DNA of 63,030 nt, the filler included, from Hyphochytrium catenoides (taxonomy: Eukaryota > Protista > Hyphochytriomycota): the NCBI GenBank assembly GCA_900088475.1. It is 10 parts of 10 records of this genome, joined end to end, with 100 filler letters (N's around TTAATTAATTAA, not from the genome) between each part and the next. Parts side by side here need not be neighbours in the genome. Positions count along the whole stretch, not along the records: positions 30,915 to 35,993 come from FLMG01003911.1; positions 36,094 to 37,393 come from FLMG01004180.1; positions 37,494 to 43,867 come from FLMG01003036.1; positions 43,968 to 49,286 come from FLMG01000028.1; 6 more parts are not named here. One strand, given 5' to 3'. Shown in pieces: positions 35,957-49,248 of the stretch (position 1 is the stretch's first letter; every line of letters starts with the position of its first letter). The position numbers and the translations under genes were made by a program. Under the pieces are notes generated by a model, which did no database searches, had not been told where the DNA came from, and saw only the letters and a list, made by a program, of their open reading frames with translations.

Positions 35957-38900
35957 CTGCGGCAGAGAGAGAAAAGGGAGACTGAGTGAGAACNNNNNNN
36001 NNNNNNNNNNNNNNNNNNNNNNNNNNNNNNNNNNNNNTTAATTAATTAANNNNNNNNNNNNNNNNNNNNNNNNNNNNNNNNNNNNNNNNNNNNGTATAGC
36101 GGATTAGAGCGAAGACAAAAGGGATAAGATCTCATGACCTGGGGAACATTGCACTTATGGGCATCTGAGAAAGAAGGGAGAAACGCAGCTAATCAGAGCC
36201 AACATAGATAAAGAATAAGAGGCAAGCAGCAAGTCCTAGACGCGTGAGCGTCATCGGTTTGCGCTAGATGGAGGAGCAAATGGCACAAAAAGAGACAAAC
36301 GTGATGGACACAACAGACAAGATTAGAGTAGTCTGCTAAGAGGAGAAGGGAGAAGGTAGATAAGGAGAGGAAAGACCTACATAGTATCACCCTTTTCGTT
36401 GGTGCTTCTTCTCTGTAACAAGTCCCTTGCTGTCATATCCTTATACAACGGGAACAGTTCCAGAGCATATCCTAGGCGAGTAGCAAACTCTCGAGCCAAA
36501 AGCGATTTGCCACTCCCTTTCCCTCCCACTAAACAGAAGTCACGACCAACTGCGTGATCCTGGGGTCGAAATATGAAGAGAGATAAGAGCGTTTATAACC
36601 GGGCCATAAACACGGAAACCCTTGGGGAGCCAGGGCTGCTGGAGCCAGTAAGATATGCACACAGAGAGAGGAGATGGAGCACAGGAAGGAGAGACAAAGT
36701 ACGACAGCCTTTAGGACGGACGGCAGACGAGCGGGAGCTACCAAGAGACGCGGCGCGCTAATTGACACGATTGAGCCCGTCCCGACTCCGGACAAGAGAT
36801 GCAAAGCAGCGAGCTATCGGAAAAATAACGCAGACAGCCAAACTAAGAGGAGAGAACACTTCAGGCAAAGCAAGTCAAACAGTAAGCTTGATCTCATACT
36901 AGCTTACTGACCTGCATCATAGCAGTCAGGAGGTGAGCATGGACTTCCGTCTCCACAAACCCCTTGGTTGCCTCTAATGTGGTACTTAGCCCTCCGGTGG
37001 GGAGTGTAATTGGTTCTGTCTGCTTTCCAGAAAGGCTGGAGAACCTCACAGAAACGCCGGGCAACGACACATCTGGCGCAGTCCAAACAACACATAGGAG
37101 CGTAAAGTTGAGAGGGCAGATCAGTGCAGCAAGGGGATAAGAAGAAGCTTTGGAGAGCCTCAGATGGGCACCTTGAAAGAATGAGAAGGTACACAAATCT
37201 AAACGCAGCGTTCGAATGGTCATACAAGACAGGTGAAAGGGAGAATAATAATGGACGCCGCAGTGGAAGATGAACCTGCATCGCCAAGTGCTTTACCCAG
37301 TCCGTCTTGGCTGGTCGGCTTGTATATACCGCTAAGCCCCCTTTTCAGGTTGAACCTCTGGAGGACCAGTTGAGACGTCTCTTGGTGACTGGCNNNNNNN
37401 NNNNNNNNNNNNNNNNNNNNNNNNNNNNNNNNNNNNNTTAATTAATTAANNNNNNNNNNNNNNNNNNNNNNNNNNNNNNNNNNNNNNNNNNNNAATGACG
37501 CATGGCTTAGCATGCGTCGTCGTGTGCCTTGCTCGAGTAAGTAGAGGATGGACCTTTATCTCTTCTGTTTTTTATTCGTATACTCCTGAGACTTGGAACT
37601 TAATTATAACAGAAGCATTAGAAGACAAATAAATGTGCAGCAGGAGAAAGAGGGAGGAGTGCGGGCAGGGACCTTGTAGCCGCAGGGCAGCGCATGATGA
37701 CGATGGAACAACGGTGATGAGAAGAGCTATTATGTGAAAGAAAGGGCCGCTTTCTTTCATTCACTGCAGGGATAATCTTCTTGCAATAGGCCTCCTCGCT
37801 CCTCGATAATATTATCAGGTGATGACAAGTGATGAGGTACTAATTGATAGAGTAGGAAGCGCCACTGCTAGGTGATATGGTAGTAGTACCCGTCGTCTCT
37901 ATTGCGGCGGTCTTTGATGATAAACAGCAGTCCCCATTGGTTCGTAGTAGTAGCTTCTCACCTGCTGCTGTCCCCCCCGCTGGTCGTGGTTGCCTGCTTG
38001 AGAGTCTTCTATGTGTAGAAAGAAGAAGTGTACCACTCAGCAGGAGACTCAGGGGGCTCTAGTCTTGCCCTTCTGCTTCTGGTCAAGACAGAGAAGAGAC
38101 AAAGAGGGAAAGGAGAAACATTGCTGTTGCTGACGACCCAAAAGAAAACGATGGTGGTGTTCGCTAAAGGAATAATGGCTCCGCTGTCCCACCACCACGG
38201 CCACGTCAGAGAGGAAATGATGTAGCGGAGTAGTTGTCAGAAGAGAGTCATCGTGAAAGAACAGTTACATTAAGACGAAGAAGACGACACAAAGGATGAA
38301 GAAAGAGACGGAAGAAGGAGGGAGGCTTGATGCTGATGAGGAGGAGGAGTGGGGTGCTCGCTTCTTCTGTCATTGTCAACAAGAAGCACCACAAACAAGT
38401 ACCCCGTAACCACCACCACCGACGCTACATCATCATCCGTCATGATACAGAGATTCGACGAGGAGGAGGAGGAAGTGGCAGCCAAGGGTGGGAGGGCGCA
38501 GACGAGATTCTTGCATTGAAGGATAAATGTACCCTCCTGCCGTCATTCGGCTTCAGTGGCCTTCCCGTCCTAGCCTGGAGTGTAGGAGATGCCAGGGGAG
38601 TGGCAGAGAAACATAATGGGAAGGAGCGCCATAATTGTTCCTTGTTTGTCTCCCTCCTCTCTCTCTGCTGATGATGATGTGCCTTTCTCTTTTCCTCTCT
38701 TCTTCCTATAATAGTATGCCTGCCTTCTTACAATGAAGGAGGAGAAGGAGCACCAGCAATGGCCGGCGACAGAGGCAAGAGAAGGAAGGAAAGAAGCATG
38801 CAGCCGCGATGCTCGAAACTCTTCCTTCGTTGTCCTCCTCCTCCCGCTCTCTTGATGATGATGATGTTACTGCTGGTGAGGAGCCAGCAGAGGCAGGAAG

Positions 38901-40715
38901 AAGAGCAACAACACCCTTATCCCTCTAACCCTAATAACTTATCGTCCGAGAGCATCGTTGCAACGCTATCTGTCTAAATCTGTATGGCTCCGCCTAGGTT
39001 CTCTTGTCTTCTGCTGACCTGGACCCGCGCTCAAAGACTCGTTTGAGGGCTACTTCTCTCTCGTACTTGGGGGTATCCTTAGCCCTGCTCCTCCTATTCT
39101 CTGGCTGCAATTGAAGGTTTTTTCCCCTTCGCAATTGGTGTTCCGGGTGATGTTATTACGCCGTTTTCTAGGTAATCCTCCTTCCTCTTGTTGTCCGTCT
39201 TCCGGCTAGTAGCTTCTTGTTGTCAGACCTCTTCCTGCCCAATGGATGCCTTTGGGGATCAAGGCTTAGTCTGTCGTCGTCGTGGCGGAGCTAACCACCA
39301 GCGTCATCGCCGGGTTCAAAGACATCCTCTTCCATGCTTCTCGGGACTCTGGTCTTAAAGTAGAAGTCTCCCGTGAACCTCGCTCTTTGTGAGGAGGTGT
39401 CCGTTACGGAGGACTCGCTGCAACGCAGAACCCTTCTTCCTCTTGCAGCAGTCCTCCTCAATGCCGGCTACTATCTGATGAGAAGTCCCAGCTGGAGAAG
39501 AAGTATGAGGCTTGCTATCAGGCTGTTGGGGTGCAGTTTGTCCTGGACGTTGTTGGGAGTCTTTTGGAGGAGCTATGCATCGATCGTGTTCTTATTTAGT
39601 GCAGCCCCTGGTGGTGGTGAAGCTTAAAACGTGATCACTTTCGCTTGATTGATGCTTCTCGACATCATGGTCAGTGGTCTCGATTGGCAAAGGCTTTAGC
39701 TCTTCTTCAAACCCAAGTTTCTTCGGCTCTCCATGAAGATAATGATCTACAGTTTTGGAAGCGTATTCCTCTTCTTCGGCAGTTGGCCCTTCTCCTGTTT
39801 GTCTTGTTGTCCAGTGTGATGACGGTCTCGAAGCTACGTCTTCTCCTCCTCCTTCTCCTCCTTCTCTTATTGTTATTGCTGAGTAATTCAATGATCGATC
39901 ATCATTCTTCCTTTTCTGATAACGATGGTGGAGGAATTTCCTTCTGCTCACCCAGATGTCATGACAAAGCGTAAGGATGTATAGCCCCCTGGCTGGGGGG
40001 AACACACGGCGTCTGATATTACTAGCCCGCTGGGAGAGTTCCTTGCTGCCTGTCGGGGTCAAGCGTAAGGAGGCTCTTGGCCCATAAGTAATAGCCGTGT
40101 CCTAACAACTCACTAACTATTACGCTAACAAGGAGAACTAAATAATCCGTAACGACACCACATCCCTTTCCGACTACATACCTAAGACGTACACTATCTC
40201 CTTAACCTACGTGCAAGCAACGCAACGCTGGTGGGCGGGCGGTAACAGCTGTGCCACTTCTATCCGCTGCTGGTGTGTTTAAGTTGTTCTGAATGGCCGG
40301 CCGAGGTTGAGGCTGACCGGGCAAATCTTAGAGTGAGGTGCGAGGTCAGCCCATCCTCTAACGGCGCCAGGAAAATCTAATATCCTTCACCTTACATTTT
40401 ACCGAGAGCGAGGAGGTGAAGTGACTAAGACATTGTAGCTCTTGTCTCTTCTTCTTCTTCTCCTCCTTCATCAGAATGGTAGTAGTAGCTATGTCGTGTT
40501 ATTACTTAGGTAGTTATTGTCGTTCGTCTCTATCTTCTTTTGCCTATACCGTTGTCTATTAGTAGAAAGCAAGGACGCGGCGGGCAGTAGAAGAATTACT
40601 TTATCCTGCTTCTTCGTGACGTGGCGCTGTATGTCGTCGTGGTCTCCTTTATTATATAGGAGGATAATAATGACTTGTTCTTCTTCTTCTTCTCCTTATT
40701 TTGCAATCTGATAAC

Positions 40716-41018
40716 GATGGTGGAGGAGGAGGAGTGCGAGTTAAAGGGACCAAGACCTTGTAGCTCTTGTCTCTTTTTTCTCTTCTTCTACCTCTTTTTC
40801 TTCTTCTACTACTTCTTTTCTTCTTCTTCTCCATTTGAGGAGTAGTAAGGCTTTTTATTAGTCCTCTTAATAATGTTTTTATGGAGGTATAGATCAGAAG
40901 AGATAAGAATAATACTGGCACTGCTAATACTAATAAAAAGAAGGAGAAGAAGAAGAAGAAGAAAAGACAAGAGCTACAAAGTCTCAGTCTCTTCGGCTCG
41001 CACTCCTCCTCCACCATC
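40716..41018. mobile_element. Imperfect inverted repeat / fold-back (MITE-like) with dispersed partial copies
   Basis: Left arm GATGGTGGAGGAGGAGGAGTGCGAG..AGACCTTGTAGCTCTTGTCT..CTTTTTATTAGT. The right arm is its reverse complement (ACTAATAAAAAG..AGACAAGAGCTACAAAGTCT..CTCGCACTCCTCCTCCACCATC). Partial copies lie near 40427-40465 and 39916-39935. Confidence 0.55.
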
Positions 41019-44000
41019 ATTTTTACCAAAGAAGGAAGTATCATAGATGAACTCATCAGCAATAACGACAGGAGCAGGAGGAGGAACAGAAGACGTAGCG
41101 CCAAGACAATCTTCACACACTCTATCAGGCAAGCAAGAAGAGCGGGGTCCAATTCCTGAGAGGAGGAATACGCTTCAGAATCTGAAGTGCATTTTTCTTG
41201 GGGAGCTGCACGGGTTTTGGGGCCTCCAGTGATGAAACTACATTATCGATTATTGACACCGCCCCTTTGGCCGGTTTGTCACAGTACTAGTTCTACGAGG
41301 CATCGTCAACATTGTCTTCGTGTTCCATTGTTTGGCTGATAGGGAACCTAGACAACCGGTGATATCGAAAACAAACGTGAAGGACGGGTGAAGCTCCTTT
41401 TCTTGCCAGGTAGGAAGAACTAAAGTCTGCGCACTACTTTGGAACCTGCACCTTCCTTTGCTTTTGCCTGACCCTCAAATGATTCAAATCATTGTCGAGG
41501 CCGATGGATGATGTAGGCGGCCGATGCTCTCAACCTCCTGCTTTGTGGCTGTACGCCCACCCTTCTGGAGGAATTGAGACGGGCCCTGGAAGACCTCAAC
41601 AAAGAAAGTCGAGTGCGGGCACAACCGGACCTTGAAGGCATGGCGCGTTGACCGCAAACTTAGCACAGTGAGGGAACAGCATAGAAGAAACAAGGATGAT
41701 AATAATGACGTCTGAGTTCCTGTACATATTTCTGTTATTCCTTGACGCCTCTCTTTCTTCTCCTTCCTTCTTTGAGTCGATAGTAGTACGTGAGGACAAA
41801 GTGACAAAGTGGACGCAAATTCTACTAACAATAGAACTAGAACTAATTTTTCGCTGTCCCTACCTACCTACCTTATTATTATTAATAAGTCTTCGTTGAT
41901 GCTTGCTTGTCGTTAATTAGGACGGTTTTTACCTGCATCTACTCGTGGTTCTTATTAGCATTGCTGATAGCCGTAATAGTTAATAAGAATGACGAAATCG
42001 TAGATCGTCCAGACGCCCCAGCACAATGAACCCTCAGTTATTCTCCTTTATTAGTTATTACCACTAATCATAATAAGAAGAAGGAACGGAAGAAGAAGAC
42101 TACTGTCAAAAGACAAGGTGCTAGATAGTCTTGTTGGCCTGTACTCCAAGTAGAAGCGGTAGAAACTGGCACTATTATCAGAACTAAGATCTACTAAGTT
42201 CGACAGGTGCATAAATTCTTATCAAACTCCTATGATCTTCTCACCAATCCTATAACTACCCTTTATCACATAAAACTACTCTACCGTGATATTTTGTTCG
42301 TAGAAGGAAAGAACGCGCGAGGGCAGCCATCACAATGAAGAACTACTAGTAGAAAACGACTCTACTCGACCCCGAAACAGGAACAGGAACCGCAGAGACT
42401 TTTGTTCAAGGGCTCATTCACACTCCTCACTGTCTTAGTCGTAGAAAGGGGAAGCCGTTATTACGGATGAGCAGATGTTGATACAAGCACATCACATGCT
42501 ACTTGTTCGGACTATTTTAGACTCCTACCTCCGCTGTCATCACATGGTCTATGGTGGCGGTAGAAAAGAACTGGATGGATGGCCTTATTATGATTATAGG
42601 ATGAGGCATAACAGAAGTTTCTGCTCCCCACCAAAGGTTCTATGGTATGTTCTGGAGATATGTATGCTAACATCAGAAGCCGCGAGAGATGATAGAACTA
42701 CTCCCTTTTTTACAGTCCAGTTATTCTATTTATTGGCACCTATGCTGATGTGCGTCTTCTCTGGGTAAGTTGAAGATGTGCTGTCGTAACCGAGTCGCGT
42801 TCTTCTTGCTATGGGGCATCATAGATGATGATGACAGAGGTCAGATGGTGACAGAGGACACAAATAAGCACCCACTCAATTTACTGCCTGCCACAACAAT
42901 TGGTACGACGACACACTCTTTGTCCTTGTTATACTGTTGAAAAACCATAGTAGAAGGATTGCCAGCAGGAGACCATCAGGTCCGAAAGGAGCTTTGTGAA
43001 CTGTGGTGCTTGTTATGAGTGCCTGCTTGATGTGGGGCTGCCTCTGTCCGTGATAAAATTAGCGGGAGTAGTGGTGCTGTTTATCAAAGATATAAGAAAT
43101 GATACGAAAGCAGTCTAATGTAATATGATTGTCATAATCAATAAAGGAGCTGTTAATAAGGAGCTGGTAAGGGTCCCCACTAAATCTTTGCCCGCAATCC
43201 TGACCACATCCTTTTGCCCGCAGGAGTGAAGAACAGTGGTTTCTCCGTCGGTGCCTGTCGCTCAAATATTATTCTTCTGTCGTAATAAAGACCTAAAAGG
43301 TCTTACTCCCGCATTCCTTCTTAACTTTCTGACTTCCAGCATCAGATGTGGATAGTAGAGCTACCTCGAGAGAGACAACACCGAAGCACGGTCCCTAGCG
43401 CTTGCTGAGAGAATCTTCCTGACGCTTGCTGGTTGAGAGAAGCAATAATAATAAGAGGGCTTACATTGGCTCAAACCGAAGAAGAGGAGGATATTCTCCC
43501 ACTGCGACCAAGTGTGCCCATTCACATTTGGTTGTGAGATGACGGGGCTGATTTATTAGCCTCCCCCAGCAGACGAAGCGGTACAAACTCCCTTGAGGGA
43601 GAGCCACTTGATGGTCCTCTTTCCCAGAGATGCAGGTAGATTACTACTGTACAAGGGGAACAAGTTCTGTTTGTTATTCACTGCCTCGCTGCTTGAGATG
43701 TTGACACTATTCCAGGGAGCGGGAAGTGTCTCCACGAGAACGTGCATCCATCCTGGAACCAGGAGCCTGCACCACCGTCACCTTCTACCCTCGCCCTTTC
43801 CCTACTTCGTCTTCCAGCAGCAATGCAGGGAAAGCAGAGTAGCAGCTTGCCCTGCCCCCGCTAACCCNNNNNNNNNNNNNNNNNNNNNNNNNNNNNNNNN
43901 NNNNNNNNNNNTTAATTAATTAANNNNNNNNNNNNNNNNNNNNNNNNNNNNNNNNNNNNNNNNNNNNAGAGAGAGAGAAAGAAAAGAAAACAGAGAAAAG

Positions 44001-44230
44001 AGGTTGGGGCTGCTAATGCGAGGCAAAAGCGGCGATGGAAGAACGCACACCAAAAGAGAGAGTAAGTGCCACCCCAATGAGCAGAAGAGAGGAAGGAGGA
44101 GGTGACTGAGAAGAGGAGAGAGGACTACAGATTGAAGAGGCAAGAGGACAAGAGGACCCGAAGACCTCGTGAAGAGGTGGGAGGGTGGAGAGAATGAGCG
44201 TTGAGAGGGAGAGGGAGGAGAACGAAGAGA

Positions 44231-44261
<31 letters not shown>

Positions 44262-44643
44262 AGAGAAAAGAGAGAGAGAGCGAGAGAGAGCGAGANNNNN
44301 NNNNNNNNNNNNNNNNNNNNNNNNNNNNNNNNNNNNNNNNNNNNNNNNNNNNAGAGAGAGAGAGAGAGAGAGACTAGGAACTAGGAGGCATGCGACAAAG
44401 CAGCGACAGCTTGTGTAGATGTTCTGCGTCCATTGAAAGATACATCTGTCCATTTGTTTCCTTCAAAATACCAACTATCAGCAAGGAAGTATATGAAAAC
44501 TCATCATATATTCCGGTAATGTTTTTTTCGTCGGCGAAAGGTCACTTATCATGCAAAGAATAGAAGCGAAGAGAGAGAGAGGCGGAAAGAAGGCGGAGGG
44601 AGAAAGAGAGAGAAATGGTGGGAGAGAAAGAGGAAGGGCAAAA

Positions 44644-44691
<48 letters not shown>

Positions 44692-45508
44692 CGAGAGAGA
44701 GGAGGGCAAAAGAAGGGAGAACGAGAGAGAGAACGAGAGAGCGCGAGAGAGAGAGACAGAAGAGAGAAACGGCACAAAGCGAGAACATGCTGAACGACTC
44801 AATCCTTGCTGGAGACAGGCCCATGTCACATTTGTCTTCTTTATTACTCATTCGCTCCGTCCACATCAAGATCAGCTCCGGTCCTCTCCCTCATCGACCT
44901 CAGAACGATAGAGGATAGCAGAAGAGAGAGAGAGAGAGAGTAGGGCAAGAGAGAGGGAACAGAAAGAGAGAGAAGAGGCCAGGCAGGCAACAGGAAAGAG
45001 GAACTACTGCTCATGCAGCAGCAGCCTCCTGCCTGTAGTGTGGGAGGTACCCGCCGACCAATCTTTCCCTCTTAACATTCACCATTCCTTCTTCTCTTTC
45101 TTCCTCGTTCTTGTTGCTGCCTTTTCTTCTCTCTCTGCCTCTCTCTGCTTTATGTCCACTCTCTCGGGGTTACTTTCCGCCTGTTGCCCAAGAAGGAGCA
45201 AATGGAAGAGAGAGAAGAGAGGAGACAGATGAAGACAATGTCAAGGAAGAGAAGAGAAAGAAGAAAGAAAATGAGAGAGAGGACGGCTGCCACTACTCTT
45301 TGTCTTCCCTCACAACCAAGGCGGTCATTTCCAAAGTTCCCCAGTCCCAAGAAGAACTAAAAGAAGCTTCTCTTCGTCGTCGTTTGTTCAGCCTCTTCGT
45401 GTCTCTCCTTTCTCTCTTCAGGATTCTCAGCTAGAAGAGAAAGCATTGTCTCTTTTTTGGCCTCGTCTTACCCTTAGAAGCTAACCGACGGTTGATACTC
45501 TGTCTGCC

Positions 45509-46408
45509 ATGGCGCTCTTCTTCTCTTGTTCCAGTCCCTGTCTTCATCTCTTTCTGGCTGTATGGGTCGCCATTCTCTCTCTCCCAGCTGGCTCTCGATC
45601 TCTACTGCTCATGCCCTCTCCTCTCGACTCCTACCGCTCTCTTCTCTCTTCTTCTTCTTCCTATCTCTGTCCGTATCAAGATGTGGTCGTGCCTTTCAAT
45701 ATCTCCGCGTACACTGGCACCTGGTATGAGATTGCCACGAGCCTCTATCCTCGGTCTTCCTTTGAGAAAGACTGCGCTTGCACCACGGCCACGTACTCTC
45801 TTCTCTCCCCTGCTAACGGGGAACAGACATCACAAGCTCCAACCAGCGCTGGAGAGGAGGAGCGCAGAGGAAATGCAGGCGAAGACGAAAGAGAGAAAGC
45901 TCTGGCTCGAGTGCGGAATGTGTGTCTCAATGTCTCCACAGGAGCCATTGTAGAAGGCGTAGGAAATGCTTCTTTGCCTCTCTCTCCCTTGGTGGGAGCC
46001 TGGGCCGTCTCTTTCCCTCTTCCTATCGCTGCCATCCAGAGAGAAGAGAGAGAAAAGCTCTACATTGGAGGAGCAAACTACCTTGTCCTAAGGTTAGACA
46101 AGGATAACGCTACAGGCGCGGAAGTGGCTGTCATCGGCGGGCCTTGCTTCATCTTCGCCGCTGTCCTTGCCCGAGAGCCAACTATTTCGGATGAGAGCTA
46201 CCAGTCTCAGCTGTCATTCCTGAGAGAGAGAGGATATCCTCTTACCATTCTGGATATGAAGAGGACCAACCAGACAGAGGAGCTCTGTCGAGGAGAGAGA
46301 GAGTTCATTGGCACGCAGGAGAGGACAGAGGAAAGCGGCGCCGGCGGCACCAGAGAGAGAAGGAGAATAAGAAAGAGAAGGACTCTTCTCTCCTCCTCCT
46401 CTGCATAG
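45509..46408 (+). CDS. Lipocalin (ApoD/Blc-like), secreted, intronless
   Basis: Hydrophobic N-terminus, SCR1 motif FNISAYTGTWYEIA, FEKDCACTTATYS, NYLVL and SCR3-like VLAREP. Confidence 0.88.
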   Translation: MALFFSCSSPCLHLFLAVWVAILSLPAGSRSLLLMPSPLDSYRSLLSSSSSYLCPYQDVVVPFNISAYTGTWYEIATSLYPRSSFEKDCACTTATYSLLSPANGEQTSQAPTSAGEEERRGNAGEDEREKALARVRNVCLNVSTGAIVEGVGNASLPLSPLVGAWAVSFPLPIAAIQREEREKLYIGGANYLVLRLDKDNATGAEVAVIGGPCFIFAAVLAREPTISDESYQSQLSFLRERGYPLTILDMKRTNQTEELCRGEREFIGTQERTEESGAGGTRERRRIRKRRTLLSSSSA

Positions 46409-47497
46409 GAGATTGAGCTTCTTCCCATGCTTCCCCTTCTTCGTCTCGCGCTAAAACTATTCGAGAGAGAGAGAGTGGAAGGAAACGGGAGGAAGGAAAG
46501 GAGTCATCTCAGCGTCGCTGGCACCTTGTGATGGGAGATAGTGGTCTAATCATCTGTCCCGAGATCTCTTCCTATCTCTCTCTCTCTCTCTTCCCCTTTC
46601 TCTCTCTTTCCTCTTCTCTTTCTCTCCTCGTGACAACCGTGTAAACGCAGCAGCATTAGATATATGCAGAATACTAATAAGTTCGATTGTCCTGATATTC
46701 TTTGCAATCAGCAGGGCCGTCAGATAGATCAGCAGGGGCCGGCCGAAGGCAGACTTGCGGGCGAAACAGGGACAGCGAAGGAAAGGAAGAGAGGGATAAA
46801 GAGGAGAGAAAGAGCAAACGTGAGAGAGAGAGAGAGCCGGAATGCAGGCAACTTCTAGCTGAGCATTTACTTTATACAAAGTACCGGGCGGCAGGAGTAA
46901 GCAAGCAAGAGAGGAGAAGACTGAGAGAGAGAGAAGAGAGGGAGAGAGAGGAGCCAAGAAGGATAAAAGCAGCAGAGGAGAGAGAGAGAGAGACGAGAGC
47001 CACGTGCATCCTCCTCTGCATGTAATCGAGTGCCTCGTTAACACCATCAGTGAGAATTTCTTCAGTGGCATCTCGTGGAAGTCTCAGCGCTTCCCTTGGG
47101 TCTCGACAGCAAACAAGCTCCTCCTATTATCTTTCTTCCCGCTGCTGCCGCACTGCCTCCTCTGGCTTCTTCCTCTCTTCTTGCCTTCTCTCTCTCCTCT
47201 CATCAGTCCCTCCCCTTCTTCCTCTTCCTACCATAGCTGCGTGGGAGAGAGGCAGCGACATTGATCGGTACTCATTTTCTTCTGGAAGAGACTCTATTCT
47301 TCCAAGTGCATGACGCTTCCCTTGCCTTTACTTCTTCAACCTCTTATCCGCTTCTTATCGTTGGCTCTCTCTCACAGTCCTCTCCCTGGCTCGGTCACTT
47401 ATTCCTCCCTCCCTCTGGGGCGCTCTCTGTCACTCTCTCTCTCTCTCTCTCTCTCTCTTTATCTCTCTATTTCTCTNNNNNNNNNNNNNNNNNNNNN

Positions 47498-47542
<45 letters not shown>

Positions 47543-47829
47543 CTCTCTAAGTCACACTTTCGCCTTCTTCCCCTGTTCCTCCTAGCTTCCTCTCTTGTCT
47601 GTCCTCTCCTGAAGCTTCTTCCCTTCATTTTCATGCCGAGTCTATCAACCCATCTACTTCATGGGTAACATAGTTATAATTACCCAAATCTCACTCTCCC
47701 AGCTTCGACATATATTTCAGACCCAAGTTACGATGGTTTGCACGCATCTGGACACCCATGGGTAACCTTTGTGAGATCAGAAGGCAGAGAGAGAGGGAGG
47801 AGGGAGGAGAGAACAGGGGAGAGAGAGAG

Positions 47830-47883
<54 letters not shown>

Positions 47884-48148
47884 CGAGGGGGAGAGCGCGC
47901 GCGCGAGAGAGAGAGAGAGAGAAAGAGAGAAGAGAGCGAGCGAGCGAGCGAGCGAGAGAGAGAGAGAAGAGAGAGAGATATGAGGCCGCACGAACCTCAC
48001 GACATCAAAATGAAGAGTACATCCTTGTGAAGGAGTTAGCCTCACTCAGCACGTGTCAGGTCATCAGAGAGGAAGAGAGAAGGAGTCCCGGGCAGGTTCA
48101 CGTGTTGGCCGAGTGTCTCGTCAGCGCCAGCGGGAATAGTCCTACTAG

Positions 48149-48179
<31 letters not shown>

Positions 48180-49212
48180 GAGAAGCTAAGGAGAGAGGCT
48201 TCACCGGCAGGAGCAGCAGGAAACCTGTCGCCCCTGACGCAGAGAAGCAACTGGGCAGCCTTTGCCGCTGCTAGCGCCCTCTTCCTTTCTGTTGGGAGCA
48301 GCAGCAAGACGGGGCGCTCTCTCTCTCGTTCTTCCTCGTCACTCTGTCTTTTCCCTTTTCCCTTCACTCAGACCCAGAGCCCAGGACCTTCGTCTCTCTC
48401 TCTCTCCTGTGACGCGCCCCAAGATATCATGAGCAGTAGAGCGTCCAAGAGACGCGCGGAGAGGCGCAAGGAGAAGGAAGATGATGAAGAGAGAGAAGGC
48501 GGGGCCATGGGAAGAAGAAACAGAGAGATAGGAGGCATTCAGGTAGAAAGAGCAGGCGACAAAGCGAGAGAGAGAGAGGTTACAGCGGGAGAGGAAGGGA
48601 ACACGAAGNNNNNNNNNNNNNNNNNNNNNNNNNNNNNNNNNNNNNNNNNNNNNNNNNNNNNNNNNNNNNNNNNNNNNNNNNNNNNNNNNNNNNNNNNNNN
48701 NNNNNNNCTCTCTTCTCTCTCTCTTCTCTCTTCTCTCTCTCTCTCTCTCTCTCCATCTCCCTCTCTCCATATCTCTCTCCCCCTTCTCTCTCTCTCTCTC
48801 CCCCTTCTCTCTTTATTGTTAGCACTCGTTTCTCTCTCTCTGTCACTCTCATCTCTTCTTTTATCGCTCTCACTCTATGGTTCTCTCTCTCATTTTCTTC
48901 CGCTTCTTAAACAACCACTCTCTCTCTCTCTCTCTCTAAGGCTGTTCCTCCTCCTCTTTCCCTAGTCGACTTCTTCCTACCTCCATTCTTCTTACATATC
49001 ACTCTTATCCTGTCCTTGGTTAATCCTTCCTCTGTCTCTTCTGCTTGTGGACGGCTCCTAAACTTCTGTTTGATGCATGCTTCCCTCTCTTATTGATCAC
49101 CTCTTTCCATGTCTCACAGTCATGTGTCATGTGTCTTTCTCCCTCTCTCTCTCCCTCGCACTCTTTCTTTTCTGGGTCTCATTTCGTCTTTCTCTCTTTC
49201 TCTCTCTCTTTC

Positions 49213-49248
<36 letters not shown>

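Noticed and set aside
43861-43867. Telomere-like CTAACCC at the scaffold end (also near 38925)
   Set aside because: Single units only, no array.
48027-48608. Open frame on the plus strand and partial frames on the minus strand
   Set aside because: The coding strand is ambiguous, complexity is low, and the frame is interrupted by an N gap.
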